A program made the position numbers and the translations under genes. The notes under the pieces are model-generated. The model was not told the DNA's origin. It saw nothing but the letters and a program-made list of their open reading frames with translations, and ran no database searches. This document shows positions 56,936-64,000 of a DNA stretch of 64,000 nucleotides, one piece after another. Every line of letters begins with the position of its first letter. Within the stretch, counting starts at the first letter, position 1. The DNA lies in the IMG/VR virus record IMGVR_UViG_3300047445_000186, positions 248,001-312,000 of that record; one strand, 5' to 3'.

Positions 56936-58138
56936 ATGACATCTCCAGTCGATACCTCAGTTAAGTATTTCAGCTCGAATATGCCGAACGCTCCAGTGCT
57001 GAGCGGCACTGCCGGCGCGCTGATTGCATTGCTGGACGCTTGTCTCAAGGACGGCTTCAACTCGATTACACCGACATCGATTGTGGTCGCTGGAGGTATC
57101 GCTACTTTGAGCTGGGCCTCTGGTACGTTCGCGGCACTGCCAGACTCGGTAGTGCTGATTGCTGGCGTGACCGACAAGACCGGCCTGAACGGTGAGCAGA
57201 AAGTGCTCACCAAGAGCGCGCTGTCAATCACGTTCGCAACTGCTGAGACTGCTGGCACTGCAACGCTCTCCGCTGCCACGGTGAAGATCGCGCCGCTTGG
57301 ATGGCTGAAGCCTCAATCAGGTACCAACCTTGCAGCGTACCAATCAAGTGATTCACTGTCTACCAAGATGCTACTGCGTGTTGATGACACCGGAACCACG
57401 ATGGCCCGCGTTGTCGGATACGAGTCCATGACCGATGTGAACACTGGAGTGAACCCATTCCCTTCAGCGGCTCAGATGTCAGGTGGCGGTTATTGGTCGA
57501 AGAGCGTGAATGCGAGCGCCGCTACCGTGAATTGGTCCTTGCATGGCGATGGAAGAATCTTCTATCTTAACGTTCAGCCAGGATCGTCGAACGCTTTGGT
57601 GAATCAAATTTGTTCAGGCAAGGTCTTTGGAGACGTGATTCCGACCAAGCCGGGCGGAGACCCTTATGCCTGCTGCCTGAACTACGCCCAGACCGCAACG
57701 ATTGGTAACCAGACCGATGGCGCGTTCGGCGCGTCTGGCGACTTCAAGTTCGCCATGCCTCGCGATTTCACAGGATTGGGGTCTTCAGTGATGTACGGCG
57801 CGTGGACTTTGACTGGAAATGGCGGAGTTTCAGGTCTAGCGAACGCCCTTGGCTCGTTCCCTTCCCCAATTGACGGCGGCCTTTGGCTGTGCAAGAAGTT
57901 CCTGTACACTTCTATTCTCAGTTCCCCTCGTGCCATTTTCCCAGGCCTCCTGAACGTCGTCCAGTCTGGCGTTTGGAATTCCTTCAAGCAAGGAGACTCA
58001 GTGCCGGGGTCTGGGATTTACGCGGGTAAGAACCTGATGGCGGCAACGACATCTGACAACTCGACGGCGTTCACCACAGCTTCTACTGCAGCTAACACTG
58101 GCATCATCTTTTTCGACGTCACAGGCCCTTGGAGATAA
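56936..58138 (+). CDS. Tail-fibre-associated structural protein, paralog A3
   Basis: MTSPVDTSVK..FDVTGPWR, colinear with A1/A2. Confidence 0.75.
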   Translation: MTSPVDTSVKYFSSNMPNAPVLSGTAGALIALLDACLKDGFNSITPTSIVVAGGIATLSWASGTFAALPDSVVLIAGVTDKTGLNGEQKVLTKSALSITFATAETAGTATLSAATVKIAPLGWLKPQSGTNLAAYQSSDSLSTKMLLRVDDTGTTMARVVGYESMTDVNTGVNPFPSAAQMSGGGYWSKSVNASAATVNWSLHGDGRIFYLNVQPGSSNALVNQICSGKVFGDVIPTKPGGDPYACCLNYAQTATIGNQTDGAFGASGDFKFAMPRDFTGLGSSVMYGAWTLTGNGGVSGLANALGSFPSPIDGGLWLCKKFLYTSILSSPRAIFPGLLNVVQSGVWNSFKQGDSVPGSGIYAGKNLMAATTSDNSTAFTTASTAANTGIIFFDVTGPWR

Positions 58139-58139
58139 G

Positions 58140-58766
58140 TTGATCCACAGTCCGTTCCATACCGTTGAGAACTTCATCTCTCCACTGCAATGTGAAATCA
58201 TTGCAGATCGCCTGAAGCTGAATGTTCCAAGCTACGCTGAAGATGGTCAGCCTCTGAAGTACGAATGCCGTGTTCCCGTTGAACTGGCAGGAAATATCGC
58301 ATCAGAGCTGGACGCCCTGTCACCGCTGCTTGAGCGACGTTATGGTGCTCAGATTTCCGCTGAACCAGCGCTGTTGTTCCAGCAGTACTGGGAGAACGCG
58401 AAAGCTCCAGCAGAACAGATCGGCTGCGAGAACTCAAAGTTCTCACGGAAGAAGTGGATCAAGACGAAGGACGTCGATCTGGTCGGATTTATCTGGCTGA
58501 AGTCGTTCCACAACTCGGTTCCGCTCGATCCTCGCCACGAGGTCTATGGCGGCAAGCTCGAATTTCCTGGGTACAACTTCAGCCTGACGCCGGTCCGCGG
58601 CACGCTGGTAATCTTCCCAGCTACTCCGCACTTCATCACGGCCACGTCGCACGTGATGCTCGGTTCTCTTGAGCAAATCAAGCTGAACATCAAGCTCAAG
58701 GACTGGCAGTACCAGCCTGAGAGTTTTCCAGGCACGTACCAAGAGTGGTTCTTCCCTGAAGAGTAA
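58140..58766 (+). CDS. 2OG-Fe(II) oxygenase-fold protein, metal ligands apparently lost
   Basis: VENFISP.QC start, YGGKLEFP, RGTLVIFP; CEN and T where HxD and distal H are expected. Confidence 0.65.
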   Translation: MIHSPFHTVENFISPLQCEIIADRLKLNVPSYAEDGQPLKYECRVPVELAGNIASELDALSPLLERRYGAQISAEPALLFQQYWENAKAPAEQIGCENSKFSRKKWIKTKDVDLVGFIWLKSFHNSVPLDPRHEVYGGKLEFPGYNFSLTPVRGTLVIFPATPHFITATSHVMLGSLEQIKLNIKLKDWQYQPESFPGTYQEWFFPEE

Positions 58767-58839
58767 TCTGTAACGGCGTTACAGATTCGTTTACACGCAT
58801 TCCCAGGATGCTGTACAATTCACCATCGACACTGAAACG

Positions 58840-59166
58840 ATGATGAACATGAAAAATCCCGCCCTCGCAAATCTCACGCCGGTCAGCTCCGAATCGCTGA
58901 GCTGCTCGATGGCGCGGAAACTGCTCCTGGGCGATATCAGCGATCTGAACGTCCGTCGCTTCGAACACATCTACAACGACCCCCGCCCGCACGTCGGTCT
59001 TGCTCTGAAGGGCAAGGAAGGGAACGTCACGGTCTGGGCCCTCACGAAGGAACTCCGCGACGAACGCGAGAACGAGCTGATCGGTTGGGAACTCACGCCG
59101 ATTCGCGAAACCATCGAAGCTCAGCCGTCGCTCGCCGGCTGGACCCTCCGTTTGCTGAACGACTAA
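58840..59166 (+). CDS. Small early hypothetical protein
   Basis: TTTACA-N18-TACAAT promoter upstream. Confidence 0.7.
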   Translation: MMNMKNPALANLTPVSSESLSCSMARKLLLGDISDLNVRRFEHIYNDPRPHVGLALKGKEGNVTVWALTKELRDERENELIGWELTPIRETIEAQPSLAGWTLRLLND

Positions 59167-59178
59167 GAAGGAAAAATC

Positions 59179-59457
59179 ATGGCAAGCTTCAACGACTTCC
59201 CGGCGAACTGGCGCGAAATCACGCAAGAGGTGTTCGCCAAGAGCCGGCACTTCACGTTCGCGCCGGTGAACATCGAGTTCCGGCAGATGATCGATCGGAA
59301 TGATCGCTCCAAGCCGCCGCTGAATGCCAGGCTCGAGTGGCAAGCCGACGGCACCGGGTACTCGATCGTGAACGACTACTGGGCCGGGACCGTGAAGCTC
59401 TTCGCGTTCGGCGAGCGTACGCCCGGTCTGGTCGAAAACTTCGATTCTTCGGACTGA
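59179..59457 (+). CDS. Small hypothetical protein
   Basis: AAGGA SD. Confidence 0.7.
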   Translation: MASFNDFPANWREITQEVFAKSRHFTFAPVNIEFRQMIDRNDRSKPPLNARLEWQADGTGYSIVNDYWAGTVKLFAFGERTPGLVENFDSSD

Positions 59458-59459
59458 TC

Positions 59460-59765
59460 ATGTCGATCTCCATCGTCGCCGGCGGCGACCTGTACAAGCG
59501 GCTCCAGCAGGAGATGCTGATCAACGTTCCGCGCCAGACCACCCTGACCGGGTTTCAAGAGCGGATTGCTGACCGCGGCTTTCGCGGCGCTGAGCTGATC
59601 GAAGGTGCGCATGGTTGGTGCCTTCGGTACGACTCTGGTCTGCAGGGTTTCGACATCATCAAGGTCGACGGTCTTCCGGGCACGTTCTTCACGGCATGCA
59701 AGAAGGCCACGGCCTGGGTCGCCGAAGACCCACTTCATCGGTACGCTTTTGTGAGGACAGTATGA
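59460..59765 (+). CDS. Small hypothetical protein
   Basis: Tiled array. Confidence 0.6.
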   Translation: MSISIVAGGDLYKRLQQEMLINVPRQTTLTGFQERIADRGFRGAELIEGAHGWCLRYDSGLQGFDIIKVDGLPGTFFTACKKATAWVAEDPLHRYAFVRTV

Positions 59766-60076
59766 GAGCACATCTCTGTTTCATCGGTGGCGGCGATCGC
59801 ATCGAACGGTACTGCCCGGGCTGCATCGACGAAAGGCGAGCCATGAAAATGAACATCGTGTACTGCCATGTCGGGTACGACCAAGCGTCGGCCCACTCCA
59901 GAATCAAGCCGAACATGCCTGACAACATGAGGCTCACGTTCAATGACGCTGGCGTGCTGATCCGCGCCGATGTCCTGTCGCCGATCGAGCGGCGGGTGAA
60001 AGCCATGCGCGCGGCCGATGTGGAACAATCCGATCGCGAATACATTCTGTCTACTCAACGTAAGGGGAAAATCTGA
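59762..60076 (+). CDS. Small hypothetical protein (start 59762 or 59843)
   Basis: Tiled array. Confidence 0.55.
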   Translation: MRAHLCFIGGGDRIERYCPGCIDERRAMKMNIVYCHVGYDQASAHSRIKPNMPDNMRLTFNDAGVLIRADVLSPIERRVKAMRAADVEQSDREYILSTQRKGKI

Positions 60077-60315
60077 TGTGGGAAAACCGTCGCAATGCTG
60101 GCTCGGCGAGCTGGACCGGAGTTGACAAGAAGAAGGTCGACGCGGCCAAGAAGAAGGAATGGCTCCAGAAGCTGAACCAAGGCAAGCGCGGCCAGAAGGG
60201 GTTCACGCTGATCGAGCTCATGATCGTGCTCGCGATGGTCACGATCGTTCTCGCCATGGTCGGCCCCGGCATGTGGGGTTACCTTGGTGAACTTTTCGCG
60301 GTCGTGTCGAAATGA
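60076..60315 (+). CDS. Minimal type IVa prepilin-like protein
   Basis: QKG|FTLIELMIVLAMVTIVLAMVGP with E5 and P22; AGGGG SD. Confidence 0.85.
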   Translation: MWENRRNAGSASWTGVDKKKVDAAKKKEWLQKLNQGKRGQKGFTLIELMIVLAMVTIVLAMVGPGMWGYLGELFAVVSK

Positions 60316-60563
60316 GCGACGCAATGAATGAGCTGTTCGCAGCGACTGAAAAGCGGCGCGCTGAAATCCAACTCGAGCACATCGAGAAGATGATCGAGAT
60401 GTCAAATCAGATCGCCAAAGATCTGCTGAACGGAATCGGCTTTGAGGAGCGGCCGAAGCTCAGCGATCATAAGATGCAGCTCATCTTGCTGAACAACATG
60501 GCGAACAAGCTTCAGCGCCGTGTGATCATGATGCTGGCTGCGGCCGGTCAAGACGGCACGTAA
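60312..60563 (+). CDS. Small hypothetical protein
   Basis: ATGA overlap. Confidence 0.65.
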   Translation: MSDAMNELFAATEKRRAEIQLEHIEKMIEMSNQIAKDLLNGIGFEERPKLSDHKMQLILLNNMANKLQRRVIMMLAAAGQDGT

Positions 60564-62962
60564 TCCTGCCAAGACCCGATGTTCTGACTTGGTCCTACCC
60601 AGTGGTAGACCTTGTTCAGAACGCCTAGATCGCCAGTGTCGAGCTCGGCGTAATTCATGTGAATCAAGACTCGCTTCGGTCCAGTGTTCAGGACTGCAGG
60701 CGAGATTGGCAGGCCATCGCCTCCCGTGAGAGTCATTGGCTCGAACGCTGACAGAAGCTTCTCGTCTCCCTTGTCGTCTTGCGAGTCCTCGTTCTTTTTG
60801 GACGAGGACGGTCCGCTTCCGGAATCCCCACCAGCACTTGTTCCAACAATCGCGCCTGGAGTACCTTCAGGTCGATCTGGCATGTACACCCACGTGTCGC
60901 CATTCAGGGAGGCCCGGAGCTCTCCAATGTCCCAGCCTGTTGTACTACTTGTACTGCCAGAGCCGGTGTCTCCGGTGTCGCCTGAAGAGCCCGAGTCGCC
61001 TCCTGCCGAGGTGTCTCCACCAGCAGAAGTATCTTCTGGCGTGATCGTCTTCAGGACGAGATCGTATGTGCGAACCCGAGGGCGAATGTACAGGACCCCG
61101 TTCGTCGGCCACACGACGGACCCGAGCTTGAACGAGACTGCAGGGTTGCTGAACAATTTGCCTGGGGTGACAGTTCCGAGATCCTTCACAAGGGTCCCGA
61201 CGTCGTCGGCTATTTGCCAACTAATGCCGTATAAACTCGCCCCTAACGAGCCATTCGGCGCCTTTTGAATTCTGATCTCTTGGTCCCAGTCGAGTTTCAA
61301 GCTAAGCAGATCAATGTCGGGGATCGACATATTCTGCACGCTCAATGACTCGTCTGGAGCGAGAGCTGTGTGCTGGATTACGCAGAGACCTTCACTGAGA
61401 TCGTCGTTCTCGACGACACTGATCCTAATCAAATTGGCTGCTTGACCACGTTCAACTGATCTAAAATAGGTACCACCTGCCCACAGTCGCGCGCGGGTGC
61501 TTGATGACGTCTTCAGGAACACTGGCCCCTGCATCGTCGGCTTGAACTCGCCCTTAACCGGCGCTTGTTGCGCAGCAATCTTAACGACATCCAGTGTCGC
61601 GGGTCTGCCAGTGATCTTGAACGTGCCAGCCGTCGCCCGTACAATCGGAGCAATCTTAGCGGTCGATGGGTAACCAGTGACAGTGAACGCGCCTGTTCCA
61701 AGGAACATTGGCCGATCAATGAGCCGCCAGACCGTGAAGTTCGCGCCATTGCTGCCGATCGTGAACGCACCAATACTTGGTGAGAGCTTGTACGAGAGCT
61801 TGCTCTCAATCGACGTGCTGCCGATAATGAAGTTCGCCGTTCCAGCATTGATCTTCCGCTGGAACAGGTACTTGGTGTCGCGACCCTGAACGGCGTACGC
61901 ACCTGTCGCTCCAGCTGGAACGTGGTTGTACACCCAGCGCATGCTTGGCGCACTGATTGTGAACGTACCCGCCAAGAACCCAGCGCCAGTAGACGAAATT
62001 AGCGCTGTAGATCCGTCAATCGAGAATGCGCCAACGGCTGGCGACCACTGATGTCCGCGCCAGATCTTTGCCGAGCGGGTCCCAATGCTGAACGAACCTG
62101 TTCCTGCTCGAATCGCGCGACCAAGCGATGTCGTGGAAAGAACACCGGTGATGTTGAACGCAGCGGGATCAACTCGCCAGGCGGTGTTGTTCTTCGTGAA
62201 CGCAGCTGGAGGCGTATCAATCGTGAATGCCTGCGGAACAGGCACGTTGATACGACGGGATCTAATGTAAGACGCCGCTGGGTAATCAATCGTGAACGTG
62301 CTGGTCGATGTGAACCACTTACGTCCAGTGAACTTGAACAGGACATCGCGACCAGTGATCGTGTACGCACCAGTCGTCTCACCCCATGCTCGCGTTCTTG
62401 CAATTCGGCCATTTGATCCAACGACCGTGAATGACGATGGTGGCAGGAACCACTCAAGATCTGCGCGTTGGAAGAACGCCAGATAGCTGTTGTCGATCGT
62501 AAAGACGCCTGGCTGCGTTCTAAGCTTGTGCGCTACCGACGGCTGAACAGTTGCCCCAGTGTACGTGAATACGCCAGGTGATACAGGGAACTTATGGGCG
62601 AACGTGATTTTGGCTGGGAAGCCAACTACGTTGAACGCGCCAGTCGGCGCTGGCATTGTGCGCGTGAGCGATTGCCGTGCCGAATTTCCAGAGTAATTGA
62701 ACGTGCCTGGTGCTAGCGACCAGAACACCGATGTCGAAATCGCCGCCGACGACGGCGTGATCGAGAACGCCCCTGGCGTTGCATCGAAGGAATATGAGTT
62801 CGCGGTTCCAACAGAACCGAATAGCAGGGTAACCGAGGACGCCCCTGCAGTAGGAACGCCCGCGAACGTCAGGTGGGCCGCAGACGACATCGGCGTCAAC
62901 GACCCAGAGACGGTACTTACGGCGAAAGAGCTAGGTGTACAACTGAGGAGATAGTCAGCCAC
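60548..62962 (-). CDS. Virion structural protein with about 18 imperfect ~22-aa repeats
   Basis: Recurring (P/T)G(A/T)F(T/S)I.G..A; Ser/Gly/Thr linker near C-terminus. Confidence 0.7.
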   Translation of the reverse strand: MADYLLSCTPSSFAVSTVSGSLTPMSSAAHLTFAGVPTAGASSVTLLFGSVGTANSYSFDATPGAFSITPSSAAISTSVFWSLAPGTFNYSGNSARQSLTRTMPAPTGAFNVVGFPAKITFAHKFPVSPGVFTYTGATVQPSVAHKLRTQPGVFTIDNSYLAFFQRADLEWFLPPSSFTVVGSNGRIARTRAWGETTGAYTITGRDVLFKFTGRKWFTSTSTFTIDYPAASYIRSRRINVPVPQAFTIDTPPAAFTKNNTAWRVDPAAFNITGVLSTTSLGRAIRAGTGSFSIGTRSAKIWRGHQWSPAVGAFSIDGSTALISSTGAGFLAGTFTISAPSMRWVYNHVPAGATGAYAVQGRDTKYLFQRKINAGTANFIIGSTSIESKLSYKLSPSIGAFTIGSNGANFTVWRLIDRPMFLGTGAFTVTGYPSTAKIAPIVRATAGTFKITGRPATLDVVKIAAQQAPVKGEFKPTMQGPVFLKTSSSTRARLWAGGTYFRSVERGQAANLIRISVVENDDLSEGLCVIQHTALAPDESLSVQNMSIPDIDLLSLKLDWDQEIRIQKAPNGSLGASLYGISWQIADDVGTLVKDLGTVTPGKLFSNPAVSFKLGSVVWPTNGVLYIRPRVRTYDLVLKTITPEDTSAGGDTSAGGDSGSSGDTGDTGSGSTSSTTGWDIGELRASLNGDTWVYMPDRPEGTPGAIVGTSAGGDSGSGPSSSKKNEDSQDDKGDEKLLSAFEPMTLTGGDGLPISPAVLNTGPKRVLIHMNYAELDTGDLGVLNKVYHWVGPSQNIGSWQDYVPS

Positions 62963-62983
62963 GTAACGGCACCGTTAGGCCGA

Positions 62984-63427
62984 TTACGTCAGCGTCAGAA
63001 TCGTACCTGGCGTAGCCGAGTTGAACTGAATCGTGACCGTTTCCGTATCGCCCAGCGTAATGCTGGTACCGTAGTCGTACCAGCCAACAACAGCGTCGGC
63101 TGGCGACGTTGCGGTGTCATTGTACAGGACAGCGTACCGGAATGGACCGATCGAACCACCAGTTGCGGTGAACACAACCTGCGTACCGAGCACCGAGGTA
63201 ACGCCCGAAGAGACGCTCAGTGTGATCGTTGTTGCCGAACCACCAGTTGGGTAACCGACGGCCGAAGTTGGCGGCGCGTGTGCGCTGACCAGGTCAAGCG
63301 TTGTTTGCGAAGCAATAGGCGCAACGTTCGTCAGGCAGACCTTGTAAACGTCGGTAGCAAAGTGATGCACACCCTTGATGACCTGCTGCGAGAAGTCATT
63401 GAACTTGTTGAATGCTGAAACAGCCAT
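62984..63427 (-). CDS. Probable tail structural protein
   Basis: FNKFNDF..KGVHHFATDVYKVCLTN..FRYAVLYNDT..GWYDYG pattern; TAAATA 63460. Confidence 0.7.
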   Translation of the reverse strand: MAVSAFNKFNDFSQQVIKGVHHFATDVYKVCLTNVAPIASQTTLDLVSAHAPPTSAVGYPTGGSATTITLSVSSGVTSVLGTQVVFTATGGSIGPFRYAVLYNDTATSPADAVVGWYDYGTSITLGDTETVTIQFNSATPGTILTLT

Positions 63428-63489
63428 GATTATCCTTAAGAGGGACTGGAGATACCGGCTATTTACACGCTATCTACGCGGTCCAAAAA

Positions 63490-63786
63490 TCACTCTTCGA
63501 TTGAAACGTCAGGTGAGCCCTGGATCGCGACACCATCGTGCCAGCGCTTTCCACAGATGTGGAGCATGATCCGCGTCTTGTTCTTCAGAGCGACAGGCTG
63601 CTTGTTCACAAAGACCGTGTTCGAAAAGTTCGAAATGAACACGGACGGTGGGAAGCAGTAATGTCCAGTCGTCATTCGCTGACCCATGTGCGTGATCGGC
63701 ATTCCGTTCGCGAACACGTTATCAGATCCCTGAGCACTGAAGTCACCACAGGAAACGCCATCACCGATCCGGACTACGTTCCCCAT
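63490..63786 (-). CDS. PAAR-like spike tip protein (gp5.4-like)
   Basis: RIGD, GSDNVFANG, HYC, H.CG, GSPDV. Confidence 0.85.
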   Translation of the reverse strand: MGNVVRIGDGVSCGDFSAQGSDNVFANGMPITHMGQRMTTGHYCFPPSVFISNFSNTVFVNKQPVALKNKTRIMLHICGKRWHDGVAIQGSPDVSIEE

Positions 63787-64000
63787 TATGTCAGGCTCTG
63801 CACGTACGACATCGACTTCGAAGCACGATCAAGCCAACCGTTCTGATACTTCGGATTTCCGATGTTCTTGATGAACTGTACTCGAGCAGCGTTCAGCTTC
63901 CGGCAATCTTCAAGTGCCTTATCGGCCGAGTCACTTGTCGCGCTTGTGATCCCGGCATTCGCGTAGATCGTCCGAGCATTACCACAGCCATGGTGATAAT
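63786..64000 (-). CDS. C-terminus of probable GH108-type lysozyme (truncated by window edge)
   Basis: Own translation ..ARVQFIKNIGNPKYQNGWLDRA..; TAATG-coupled to PAAR. Confidence 0.55.
   Translation of the reverse strand, partial: YHHGCGNARTIYANAGITSATSDSADKALEDCRKLNAARVQFIKNIGNPKYQNGWLDRASKSMSYVQSLT

Larger units (their letters stand above)
1367..63465. promoter_or_regulatory. T4-like late promoter TAAATA at about 18 intergenic sites
   Basis: Plus: 1367,1603,9870,16800,19361,20716,26693,35683,36611,39237,42730,49820,50176,55675,56114; minus: 5805,8905,9825,23296,63460; orientation matches downstream gene. Confidence 0.8.

Noticed and set aside
1-64000. tRNA genes and CRISPR arrays
   Set aside because: No cloverleaf with T-arm consensus or regularly spaced repeats seen by eye; tRNAscan would be decisive
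1-64000. Apparent abundance of GATC/TCGA words
   Set aside because: Plausibly due to ATC, GAT and TCG codon preference; cannot be quantified without a Markov-model count

Overview
64 kb, gene-dense segment of a large T4-related (jumbo) dsDNA myophage; the host is not identifiable, though a type IV pilin-like gene suggests a piliated proteobacterium. It contains nucleotide-metabolism genes (thyA, Nudix, P-loop kinase), a T4-like replication module (DsbA-like protein, family B polymerase, probable clamp, RNase H/flap nuclease, primase, DnaB-like helicase, PD-(D/E)XK exonuclease), RNA-repair genes (Rnl1, Thg1-like, cyclic-phosphate receiver domain), PhoH, ClpP-like protease, a GIY-YIG nuclease, arrays of small early genes, duplicated tail-fibre modules, PAAR and a probable GH108 lysozyme C-terminus. 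Two promoter classes are readable: about 18 intergenic TAAATA (T4-late-like) sites and TACAAT -10 boxes, often as CGTTACAAT. Most notable: (1) a set of late genes with short MK/MRxxEL..E leaders carrying protein-modifying domains (two kinases, two ADP-ribosyltransferase domains, NlpC/P60, GNAT, ligase-like), possibly a capsid-delivered effector arsenal; (2) one kinase ends in the bacterial SSB docking tail NFDDDIPF; (3) a globular-domain-less type IVa pilin mimic; (4) several genes, including primase, with TACAAT-N6/7-ATG leaderless architecture; (5) a stand-alone protein starting with a T4-type portal motif. All functional calls come from motif reading by eye; no database search was run.
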